A stretch of 63,470 nt of DNA, counting the filler, from Octopus bimaculoides (Eukaryota), in assembly GCF_001194135.2 (NCBI RefSeq). It is 6 parts of 5 records of this genome, joined end to end, with 100 filler letters (N's around TTAATTAATTAA, not from the genome) between each part and the next. Parts side by side here need not be neighbours in the genome. Positions count along the whole stretch, not along the records: positions 34,012 to 57,888 come from NC_068996.1; positions 57,989 to 59,861 come from NW_026305563.1; positions 59,962 to 62,093 come from NC_068981.1; positions 62,194 to 63,470 come from NW_026367270.1; 2 more parts are not named here. One strand, 5' to 3'. Below, piece after piece: positions 51,626 to 63,470 of this stretch. Both the position numbers and the translations under genes were made by a program. The number at the start of each line of letters is the position of its first letter. Positions within the stretch are counted from its first letter, which is position 1. The notes under the pieces are model-generated. The model had not been told where the DNA came from and did not search any database. It saw only the letters and a list, made by a program, of their open reading frames with translations.

Positions 51626-51899
51626 ACTAGTCAAGTGATGGTCTGCCCATAGGCTGGTACTGTACATGTGAAACTTCTGCACCATTCTCTATACGACATG
51701 GCAGGGCCCGTTCACTACCCTGGTGTTGTTAAGTACATTACTGGAACCTCAGCCCTTATGAGCGAACCTGGGATGAATTCAGAAGTAGTTTTTCCGTTTC
51801 CTTCTTCAGGTAGGTGAGATTTGAACTTAGAATGTAGAGAGCCTGAAGACATACGGTAAAGAATTTCTGCTGAGACGTCAACGATTCAGCCAGTCTTTC

Positions 51900-52018
51900 A
51901 CCTGGTGAGTAACGTGAAATGAAGTCTTTTGCTCAAGAACACAACGCACCGCCTAATCTGGGAATCGAACACATGACCTGCTGATCGAGAGTAAAACACC
52001 CTGACCACTAGGCCACTT
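51900..52018 (-). mobile_element. SINE family D head fragment
   Basis: TTGCTCAAGAACACAACGCACC...GGGAATCGAAC...CCACTAGGCCAC. Confidence 0.7.
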
Positions 52019-52328
52019 ATGAATGTATGTATGTATGTATGTATGTACACACACACGCACAAACACACACACACACGCATGCACACACACACACGCATGC
52101 ACACGCACACACACACACACACATACACACACACATACACACGCACGCACACACACACACGCACACATAAATTTGTAGAAAACCAAAGACGTGAACAACA
52201 AGCAGGCGTATATATATATATATATATATCTCCTTCCTTTCCCGAGCGTCCAATAACACTATCCGTATCACGTCCTCACTTTGTTGTTTTTTTGTTATTG
52301 TTTTTTTGTGTTTTTTTTAAACTTATAT

Positions 52329-52368
<40 letters not shown>

Positions 52369-52932
52369 GCGTGTGTGTGTGAATATATATATATATATAT
52401 ATGCGTGTGTGNNNNNNNNNNNNNNNNNNNNNNNNNNNNNNNNNNNNNNNNNNNNNNNNNNNNNNNNNNNNNNNNNNNNNNNNNNNNNNNNNNNNNNNNN
52501 NNNNNNNNNNNNNNNNNNNNNNNNNNNNNNNNNNNNNNNNNNNNNNNNNNNNNNNNNNNNNNNNNNNNNNNNNNNNNNNNNNNNNNNNNNNNNNNNNNNN
52601 NNNNNNNNNNNNNNNNNNNNNNNNNNNNNNNNNNNNNNNNNNNNNNNNNNNNNNNNNNNNNNNNNNNNNNNNNNNNNNNNNNNNNNNNNNNNNNNNNNNN
52701 NNNNNNNNNNNNNNNNNNNNNNNNNNNNNNNNNNNNNNNNNNNNNNNNNNNNNNNNNNNNNNNNNNNNNNNNNNNNNNNNNNNNNNNNNNNNNNNNNNNN
52801 NNNNNNNNNNNNNNNNNNNNNNNNNNNNNNNNNNNNNNNNNNNNNNNNATATATGCATATATATATGCATATATTCATACAACATACGTACATACATAAA
52901 TATAGACACAAACAAACACACACAAACATACC

Positions 52933-53013
<81 letters not shown>

Positions 53014-53635
53014 ATGTATAATCTTCATGTGTAAATACCTTTGCATGTATATGTGCGGGTGTGTATGAATATATATTCGTACGGGAGTGTATTTATGTTG
53101 ATATACATGTGTATATCAAAAAAGCATGCGTGTATGTGTGTCTACGCGCGTGAGTATCTGAAAGTACATTCTCAGCCATTTCATAAGCCAGATCTTAAAT
53201 CAGATCTTTTGAGGCAATCACAGGTAAAAATGGCTTCAAGTATATACCATGATATTTTAAAATTAATCAGAGATGGAATATATCTGAGGTTAAAGCCGAA
53301 TCTTTTGGCAACCGAAGCACCTACACATAATTAGCTGCGTCAAATAATGTTATTCCATTTGGCAACAGTTTTTAAAATGAAACAATCTTTAACCAGTAAT
53401 TATTTTCGAAATCTATGCTGAGATATCTTGCAAAATATTGAAAATATATGACTACTCTTTCTTGACTAATAAAAGAATCTTATACATCAATGACGTGACA
53501 TACATACATACGTACATAAATACATATATACATACATACATATATACATATATACATAATACATACATACATACATACACTCATATATATATGTATATAT
53601 AAATATATACACGCACATATAAGGATAAATATGTG

Positions 53636-53675
<40 letters not shown>

Positions 53676-53928
53676 TCATACACAACATACACGCATATTA
53701 TAATTAGGCTTGAAATTTCCTAAAATCTCTGGCGCCCATGTTTACACCAAAGAGGTACATCTCAAGTCTTTTCATCCATAATTTTGTCATAAATGAACTG
53801 AATCAATTTTCTGGCGAGAATTATTATTTATATATCATTATTAGCTGTGGTAGTAGGGAGTTTTAACAACTCCAGGCGTATGCACATATAACTTATATCA
53901 ACATATATATGAATGCGTGTGAGTGTAC

Positions 53929-53990
<62 letters not shown>

Positions 53991-54624
53991 GTTAATATAT
54001 ATATATATATACTCACAATCATATATACATACATATTCATGCATACGCACATATATACCAATACATAAAAACATACATGCATATATGTACTTCAACATAA
54101 AACCACCAAAATTCGTTGTAGGGGATCATATAATGAATTTTTCCTTTGCAATTTTTCCAGTGAGTTCCTGAAATATAACCACTGGAAAGCTTGATACTTG
54201 AAAAGTTAACACCTGGAGATGGGTTAGGACTGTTGCACCTGAGCAGCTATCTGTTAAATTGATTCAAGATTGTTTAGTTTTGTTTTATTTTTCTGTTGCT
54301 TTCCATTTCTTTCACTCTTGTTGTTTTGTATTTATTCTTTTAAATCTTCTAATTGATAATAAATGATAACATTCCGAATGAATTTGTGCTGCTGTAATCA
54401 GTAGATTAATGTTTCGTTTCTCGATGTCATTATTTACGCGATAAACTTTTAACAAAATTTATTTTCGTTTTGGTTTTGCATATTTGATCTGAACTAGAGT
54501 TTCAAAGGATTAATTTCATAGCAAATACGAAATAGAAATCAAGAATTTTATCCCAACGAAACACTGTGATTAAAACCATATGCAGGGAAGAAACTATAAA
54601 TTCCAACGCAAATAATTATAATAT

Positions 54625-54825
54625 TAGTTTCTGATTCAGGCGCAAGTCGAAGAATTTATAGAGGAGGGTTTGAGTCGATACCATCGACACCATTACTTGA
54701 CTGGTTCTTTATTTTATCGACCCCGAGAGGATGAAAGACGAAGCTGACCTCAGAAATTAAAGCGTCGAAAAGAAAATACCGTGAAGCATTTTTTCCGATA
54801 CTGCAATCGTTCTGCCAACACTCCG
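54625..54825 (-). mobile_element. SINE family A
   Basis: Family A core. Confidence 0.75.
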
Positions 54826-55211
54826 CAAATCGTTATGGTAGTGCTTTTAGTAATAAAAATCGTGAACAACTTCATTTTATTGCTACAGGTAATAGAAAAA
54901 ATGTTTTGTGATTCAATGACACAATCTCGCCCAACTTAATACTGAAACAATTTGTCATAGTTAAGTAAGGTAACATTAAAAAATAGCTCCCTGTTAGAAA
55001 TATGGTAGAAATTTTCTTGATTTGTTAGTAGGTCCAACATCATTCCTGGCGGCACAAGAGAATTTCCCTGTTGAAAGCAGTGATTCCTGCTTTTCGGTTA
55101 AGAATATATTGTGTCTGAACGTTTGTCAGTTAGCATATTATTATTTCCTTTCTCGAATTATACACTATAGTGAAATGTAGTGAACACTAGTACATACTGT
55201 CTATTAGCGTA

Positions 55212-55588
55212 AAGTAAAGGGTAAAGACCTCTTTTGGTCGTGAACGACATATGGGATTGCACCTAGAAAGTTACCCTCCGAGTCACAAGTCTGGGCAAGT
55301 TTGCTAATAGAAGACCAGCAATCGCCCATGCATACCAGTCTCCCCTCTCCATGCCACCGATGTTATCCAAGGGAAAGACAAAGGCCATTACAACTTGGCA
55401 CCAATGATGTCGCAACTCATTTCTACAGCTGAGTGAACTGGAGCAACAGGAAATAAAGTATCGTGAATTGGAGCAACATGAAATAAAGTGTCTTGCATAA
55501 GAACACAGTACACAGCCGGGTCCGGGGATCGAACTTATTACCTCGTGATTGTAAGCCCGGCGCTCTAACCACAGCTATGTGGCTTCAC
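55212..55588 (-). mobile_element. SINE family D, near full length, with an internal ~30-bp duplication
   Basis: tRNA head at 55530-55588. GAGTGAACTGGAGCAAC..GAAATAAAGT occurs twice. Confidence 0.85.
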
Positions 55589-56262
55589 TAGAAAGTGAGC
55601 CATTACCTATTAGTTGTCTGTTCATGGGTACAACCATGCAGTGAACTGTACTCCTTTCTGGCACAATTTTACACCTAAGTCGTTTACGCTGTTGATAATT
55701 AATTGTCTACAGTGAACTGTATCTAACCGGGTCATCTATTTACAGCTAGAAGGACAGGGTTAACCACAGCACGGTATCTTTACCATACACATAATAGAAC
55801 GCATTTATTTCACTCTGTGATACAAAATTAAATGGACTGAACTGTGGAAAGTTAAGTATCTTGCCTGTGGGACTAATATTAAAACCGGTATGAAGGATCG
55901 AGATTGGCAGCTTTTAGTCTATTCACTTTATTCTTCTGCTGCCCAGCCAATTTGCTGTTCAAAGCATCTTGGAATTTTCTGGTAGCATTCAATATATTTT
56001 GGCTATTTATTTACGAATTACACTTAACCGAATATAGAATTATTCTAAGTAAAGAAATGGACACGAAAACAGCCTGTGTTGAATTAATCAGAGCGACGAA
56101 ATATAAAGAACACAATCTGATTGGGAATCAGAGAGTTTGGTTGATATGGCCAAAAAGAACATCGAAGAATCTTTATATCTAGGAAATGAGAAAGTGTGTG
56201 CGTGTGTGTGAGAGAGAGAGAGAGAGAGAGAGTAAGTGTGTCTGTATGTGTGTGAGAGAGAC

Positions 56263-56310
<48 letters not shown>

Positions 56311-56320
56311 NNNNNNNNNN

Positions 56321-56355
<35 letters not shown>

Positions 56356-56839
56356 GTGTGTCTGTATGTATGAGAGAGAGAAAGAGAAAGAGAGTGAGAA
56401 AGAGAGAGAGAGTGAGAGAGAGTTAGAGAGAAAAAGTGAGAGAGGATCCTTAACGTTGAATTTTAAATAATTGTTTTGGTACATGATTTGCCTTACAAAT
56501 GACTTTTTTGTTCAGCAACAATAACAACGTTGTCAGTGACGACAGCGACGACAACGACACCACCACAACCACCACCACCACCACCAGCAGCAAGCAACAG
56601 CAAGCAACAACAACAGCAAACAACAATAGTAGCAGTAATAGTACCAACAAAAACAACCAAAACAAAAGCATCTACAAAGACAGCAACAACAACAAGAACA
56701 ACGACAACAACAACAACAACAACACCAACAGCAACTCCATTCTCAGCAGACGTTTTGAGTAGAGCGAGTTACATTCTATAGTTGGTTTCTTAACAATAGT
56801 TCAGAGTCGAGACATTCTACTAATTGGCTGAGGTACTAA

Positions 56840-56878
<39 letters not shown>

Positions 56879-57988
56879 ACAAATAGATAAATACAGGTGC
56901 GCATTATATATANNNNNNNNNNNNNNNNNNNNNNNNNNNNNNNNNNNNNNNNNNNNNNNNNNNNNNNNNNNNNNNNNNNNNNNNNNNNNNNNNNNNNNNN
57001 NNNNNNNNNNNNNNNNNNNNNNNNNNNNNNNNNNNNNNNNNNNNNNNNNNNNNTATATACTTTCATATCTATATAGATAGCTAGTCTTTGTTATCTTTTT
57101 TGTTGTTTTTGCTGCTGCATTTATATATATATATATATACACACACACAGTCACACACACATACACGCGCGCGCTCATACATACATATAAACCTCCCCAC
57201 CCACATATACACGTTTTAAAACGTGCAAGTAGTTAATGGTTTAATTGTTCGATTTAAGGATCATAAAATATAAGACCGATCATGTGCTTTTTTCCCCTTC
57301 TTTATATAAAAAAAAGTATCTGAATGAATTGTTAGAAAGAAACCATTATAGGATTATATAAAAGAGTTTCTATACACAATTTGATGACTACAAGATACAG
57401 TTAAAATTGTGCCAAATTAAGGAAACAGTTTTAGAGAAGCAGACTGAGATACTGCATAATTGGGTTGGTAAGAATATATAGAAAGGTCAAAAGGTCAGTG
57501 AAATAATTGCAAATGTAGCCAACCGTTAACCATATGTTGGGTTCATTTGGGTCTAACTCTAACGTCCCTGGTGTTTACACATATTTGCAATAACCCATAC
57601 ACATGCATACACATACACGTGTATGCACACAGACATACACACATACATATACACATACAAACATATATATACACATACACACACTGGCACACATATACCA
57701 GCACAAATACGCAAGCATACACACTTGTACGTGTGTATGCGTATAAGAATGTATGGATGTATGTATGTATGCATACATGTGTATGTATGTATGTATGTAT
57801 GTATGTATGTAGGTAGGTAGGTAGGTAAGAAGGTATGCATGCATACACACACACATTTACGTAAGCATGCATGTATTCATGCGTATATNNNNNNNNNNNN
57901 NNNNNNNNNNNNNNNNNNNNNNNNNNNNNNNNTTAATTAATTAANNNNNNNNNNNNNNNNNNNNNNNNNNNNNNNNNNNNNNNNNNNN

Positions 57989-58031
<43 letters not shown>

Positions 58032-58342
58032 TTCACTAGGGAAATTTTGTCCCCTTGCATAGAAAAAAACACAAAAACAAAACAAAACATCCCTATTCAT
58101 CATGAATGAATTACTGTCCTACAAACAGGAGCAATGTGGGACGGGACAGGCTATTATCAGGCCTGATTATGGTCGGTCGACATCAATATTTGTGATGTAT
58201 CGCTGGTAAGGTTCTTTAAGAGGGATAGAATAGGGAATAAAATATTATAGATTCAGGTGTCGATGATGTAGAATGTGTATTTGTACGCTTCTGTTTGTCT
58301 GTGTATCTAGATTAGTATGTGCGTCTCTGCCCCCTCTCTCTA

Positions 58343-58413
<71 letters not shown>

Positions 58414-58659
58414 GTGTGTATATATATTTGTGTTTATACGTTTATATATGTGTATATGTCGTTACATATATATGTGCATAGACATCTGCATAGACATACG
58501 CATATATACATAAATATACACACGCATACACTTGTATATTTATATAAGCACTTATATAAAAGCATATACAAATATACACACACACACACACACACATATA
58601 TATATGGTTAAATGTTTGTATATTATAAATACATAGATATATTATATATATACACATTC

Positions 58660-58709
<50 letters not shown>

Positions 58710-59301
58710 NNNNNNNNNNNNNNNNNNNNNNNNNNNNNNNNNNNNNNNNNNNNNNNNNNNNNNNNNNNNNNNNNNNNNNNNNNNNNNNNNNNNNNNNNNN
58801 NNNNNNNNNNNNNNNNNNNNNNNNNNNNNNNNNNNNNNNNNNNNNNNNNNNNNNNNNNNNNNNNNNNNNNNNNNNNNNNNNNNNNNNNNNNNNNNNNNNN
58901 NNNNNNNNNNNNNNNNNNNNNNNNNNNNNNNNNNNNNNNNNNNNNNNNNNNNNNNNNNNNNNNNNNNNNNNNNNNNNNNNNNNNNNNNNNNNNNNNNNNN
59001 NNNNNNNNNNNNNNNNNNNNNNNNNNNNNNNNNNNNNNNNNNNNNNNNNNNNNNNNNNNNNNNNNNNNNNNNNNNNNNNNNNNNNNNNNNNNNNNNNNNN
59101 NNNNNNNNNNNNNNNNNNNNNNNNNNNNNNNNNNNNNNNNNNNNNNNNNNNNNNNNNNNNNNNNNNNNNNNNNNNNNNNNNNNNNNNNNNNNNNNNNNNN
59201 NNNNNNNNNNNNNNNNNNNNNNNNNNNNNNNNNNNNNNNNNNNNNNNNNNNNNNNNNNNNNNNNNNNNNNNNNNNNNNNNNNNNNNNNNNNNNNNNNNNN
59301 N

Positions 59302-59357
<56 letters not shown>

Positions 59358-59629
59358 AGTGGAGAGATCATTACATACTTTTACCCAAACAATCGATTTT
59401 ACACCTTAGAAAGATACCAATATCTTACATTTTCACATTTATTTCCAGTGCTATTGTGTATATAGCAAGGTAACACTGTAACATCTGGTAGAAATTAAAC
59501 CGAAATGAAATTGTTTACAACAGCGGTTCGATTTCCTTATACTCATTATCATGTATTGAGTAACATACAAATATTTACTTCAAGCTTTATGTGGAAATGT
59601 TTTCAGAAGACTATGGTTTATTGTCTTTT

Positions 59630-59821
59630 GACTATGGCCATGTCGGAGCACCGCCTAACAAATCGGCACCAGGACTTATTCTTTGCAAGCCTAGTACCTA
59701 GTCTATCGGTCTCTTATCGCGGAAGCGCTAGTTTACGGGGACGTAAACACACCAACAACGTTTGTTAAGCAGTGATGGGGGACAAACAGGCACAAAGATA
59801 CACACATTTTGATATATATAT

Positions 59822-59860
<39 letters not shown>

Positions 59861-59961
59861 TNNNNNNNNNNNNNNNNNNNNNNNNNNNNNNNNNNNNNNN
59901 NNNNNTTAATTAATTAANNNNNNNNNNNNNNNNNNNNNNNNNNNNNNNNNNNNNNNNNNNN

Positions 59962-59993
<32 letters not shown>

Positions 59994-60350
59994 TCGCTAG
60001 CATGGCTGTGTGATAAGAAGCTTGCTTCCCAGCCATATGATTCCGGGTTCACTCCCACTGCGTCGTACCTTGGACTATAACCTCGGGCCGGCCAAAACGT
60101 GAGTGGATTTGGTAGAGAGAAACTGAAAGAAGCCCGTCGTGTGTATGTATGTATGTATGTATGTATGGATATATATATATATATATATATACACACGACG
60201 TGCATTTTCAGTTTGCGTCTACGAAATCCACTCACAAGGCTATGGTCGGTTCGAGGCTTTAGTAGAAGACTCTTGCTCGAAGTGCCGCGCGGTGGGATTG
60301 AATCTGGACCAATGTGGTTGAGAAGCAAACTTCTTACCACGTAGCCACAT
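59630..60350. mobile_element. Nested family B SINEs: 3' half (-), 5' half (+, ~60000-60143), 5' half (-, ~60193-60348)
   Basis: Direct alignment to family B. Confidence 0.8.
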
Positions 60351-60678
60351 GGCAGGTTTAACTGGAAAAAAACAAAGAGGTTGAATAAAAGGGAGATAAT
60401 AAGAAGCACAAGCATGTGTGTGTGTATGTGAGAATGGTACGTGTGAGTGTGTATCCGTTTATGTGTCTGACGTGTGTTGTTTCAAGTAGTGTGTGCACAT
60501 GTGTATGTGTGTGGTGTGTGTACTGATGTGTGAAGTGAGTGATATATATATATTCAGATATAATTTTAAAAATCGACTATATTCAAGATACTATAACAAA
60601 ATAGTAACTAGAGAATACAATATGGAGATAAATATAAAAGAATGTAGTAAAATATAATAATAAAGTCAAAATACAATA

Positions 60679-60943
60679 CTGTAATCCCTCGACTATCGCA
60701 GGTGTTACGTTCCAAAACCCCCTGCGATAGGTGAAAATCCGCGAAGTAGAAACAGTACTGTACTGTATATTTTAAAAAATTAATTTTATAATTTGTATAT
60801 ATTTATTTTATTGTAAATGCAAAACAACACCACGGAGGAATCGACGTAAGCTTAAATAATAAATCGCGATGGGTGAACCGCGATAGGTGAACCGCGATAG
60901 GTGAACCGCGATAGGTGAACAGTGATATAGCGAGAGATTACTG
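60679..60943. mobile_element. Tigger/pogo-like MITE with TA target duplication
   Basis: TA-CTGTAATCCCTCG...CGAGAGATTACTG-TA; internal 14-bp tandem GATAGGTGAACCGC x3-4. Confidence 0.85.
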
Positions 60944-60984
60944 TATAGTAATGACTAGAACATTATAATACAGTAACGAATATG

Positions 60985-61655
60985 ATAATTCTTTCTACTA
61001 AAGGCTTGGAAGTTTTTATAGCGATGGGGCTAATCGATTACTTCGACCCTAGTACTAAACTGGTGCTTATCTTATCGACCTCGAAAATTTGAAAGGCAAA
61101 GTCGGCTTCGGCAGATTTTGTACTTAGAACGTAGAGACGGACGAAATACCGTTAAGCATTTTGTCCGGCGTGCTAACGTTTCTTATTTCTTTATTGCCCA
61201 CAAGGGGCTAAACATAGAGGGGACAAACAAGGAGAGACAAAGGGATTAAGTCGATCACATCGACCCCAGTGCGTAACTGGTACTTAATTTATCGACCCCG
61301 AAAGGATGAAAAGCAAAGTCGACCTCGGCAGAATTTGAACTCAGAACGTAACGGCAGACGAAATACCGCTACGCATATCGCCCGGCGTGCTAACGTTTCT
61401 GCCAGCTCGCCGCCCTGTTCTGCCAGTTCGCTGTCATAGTAAGAAATATATAATGGTCTAAAATTTTTGCACAGGATCAGCAGCTTCGTGAGAGGGGATA
61501 AATCGACCCCAGTGTTAAACTGGTACTTATTTTATCGACTCCAAAAGGATGAAAGGCAAAGTCGACCTTGGCGTATTTTGAATTCAAAACGTAGAGACAG
61601 ACACAATACCGCTAAGCACTTTGTTCGACGTGCTAATCATTCTGCCATTTCGCCT
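60985..61655 (-). mobile_element. Three tandem family A/A2 SINEs
   Basis: 60985-61177 (A), 61164-61415 (A2), 61445-61655 (A). Confidence 0.9.
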
Positions 61656-61826
61656 CGATGACGGCGGATTGCTTTCCTTTGCCATGAAGAGAAGGAGAAG
61701 AGTAAATATAGAGGAAAAGTCATTCTATGAACTTGTGTAATTTGAACGAGCTATGTTAATAACAAAATTTGAACACGTTTGTGTTACTTTCGGTACTACA
61801 CACACACGTGTGTGCGTGTCCCTGTC

Positions 61827-61892
<66 letters not shown>

Positions 61893-62052
61893 GAAATCCT
61901 CCCCCCTTTTTTCCGCGATCACTTTTGATCGAAATTATCTCCCCCCAAAGAAAAGCTCTACTTTGTAATTTGTCCATTTTCTGTATTTAGCCCTGTGTGG
62001 CTATAATAAAAAGATATCTATCTATACATACATATATATATATATATGTCTG

Positions 62053-62093
<41 letters not shown>

Positions 62094-62303
62094 NNNNNNN
62101 NNNNNNNNNNNNNNNNNNNNNNNNNNNNNNNNNNNNNTTAATTAATTAANNNNNNNNNNNNNNNNNNNNNNNNNNNNNNNNNNNNNNNNNNNNTGTAGAC
62201 AAACATGGCAGAAATAATTAGACAGCCTTATAATCATTAAAATATATTTTATATATGAAATTCTATATTCAAATTATTTATTACTTATTATGATCTGAAT
62301 ATC

Positions 62304-63311
62304 TGATATTTAGTAGACATGCCCTTTGCATTCTTCAATAAAAGGATCCTATATGGCATGCTACTGAGCAGACGACGAATATTCCCTTGCGAAGTTTCTT
62401 GCAACGTTTCATGCAATAATCTCAAAAGATACAGGTTTGATGATGCTTTCTTGTTCTTTTTATTACGTGTCCTGTCCGTTATGCCTCAGAGGTGTTCAAT
62501 ACGGTTCATATCTGGTGACAGGTCTGGCCATGGAAGCTTTTTAATGCCATTATTTTCCAACTGATCATGGGTAGTTTTAGTCGTGTGACAACAAGCCCCA
62601 TCTTCCATAAATAAAGTCTTCTTTAATCATTTCACCATTGAAGAAGATTGGAAGAAGTCCTTTCTGCAATATGGGCACATGCTTATCAGAGTTTATGCTT
62701 TCGTCACAGTCCACTAGGTCTCATTGACCATTGCCCCAAATTACTCCCCAGACAATCCCGGAATAGCTACCTTGTTTCATTGTTAGCTGTAATCTTTCCA
62801 TGTCAAATTCTTGATCACAGAGTCTCCAGACCCACACTCGACCACTGTCAAAAAATACATCAAATCTGGACTCATCAGGAGAATATGACAGTGTCCCAAA
62901 ATGCTAGTAGCCACTCCATCATCTCACTGGCCCAAACTTAATATAGGCTGGTAGAAGCGGTGGCTGCCTTCTTGCTGCTCTGCCATAGTAGCCAAGTTTG
63001 TGGAGATAGCTGACAGCTGTTCTGACACAGGCATCAATTTGTTCTGCTATGTCAGGGCCCTTGCAATGAGGATTATCCTTTACACTTCACTTAACAAAAG
63101 CAAATGGTCTTGTCAGAGGGCCCTGGTGGAACTGGGCAAAGTGATGTGGACTCCTTATCTTCTCTGGTGAATTACACAATCACCTTATTAATTGTAGAAA
63201 TAGGGATCGCAACGTTTTCTGCGATTTTCCGCTAGGTCCACCTACAGATTGACACATAATGAGGCCTGTTTCAAATTTGGATAGTTCCAAAGCTTCTGTT
63301 GTACGTGGCAT
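62304..63311 (-). pseudogene. Tc1-family (DD34E) transposase pseudogene, near full length
   Basis: ATG at 63311 (MPRTTEALELSKFE); KLGYYGRAARR; VIFS-DESRF; MEDGACCH...WPDLSPDMNRIEHL* with exactly 34 residues between D and E; ends KNAKGMSTKY. Several frameshifts and stops. Confidence 0.93.
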
Positions 63312-63470
63312 GATTAAACAGTCACATATAGAACCTGTAACATAAAAATGTCCATTAATAAAAATATAAATCTTTTCAAGTTAAACGTAAAACGATGTTT
63401 TATGGGGTGTCTACCTCGATCACATCTGTGTATATGTGTGTTTGTGTAGTGTGTGTGTGTGTAGTGTGTG

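Noticed and set aside
53176-53223. 48-bp in-frame micro-exon candidate (CAG|GTAAAA donor)
   Set aside because: Such signals are expected by chance in 63 kb; no further support.
56499-56781. Asn/Thr/Gln-rich ORFs
   Set aside because: Degenerate (CAA/CAC/CAG) microsatellite open in several frames.
62648-62941. Plus-strand 97-aa ORF
   Set aside because: Antisense shadow of the Tc1 transposase pseudogene.

Overview
This is AT-rich, repeat-saturated eukaryotic DNA from a gapped draft assembly. The SINE families and 100-bp linker gaps look like an octopus genome; this is inferred from recall, not searched. I found no intact protein-coding gene, rRNA, true tRNA or CRISPR array. Nearly every ORF in the supplied track is a microsatellite or N-gap artefact, or a piece of a dead transposon. 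The window contains: (1) a CR1-group LINE remnant (APE endonuclease plus start of RT); (2) R4/Dong-type REL-endonuclease LINE remnants; (3) several mariner (DD34D) remnants, one near-full-length Tc1 (DD34E) pseudogene, and MITEs; (4) dozens of tRNA-derived SINEs from about five families (labels A-E are mine); (5) several foldback/inverted repeats; (6) two weak exon candidates. The most interesting signal is a tandemly repeated ~338-353-nt unit at 19.3-20.1 kb and 28.4-28.9 kb. Its four decayed copies jointly reconstruct a type I hammerhead ribozyme with a palindromic stem III, and the monomer ends pair into a long rod on the ribozyme strand. This is a retrozyme-like (self-cleaving, potentially circular RNA) element family.
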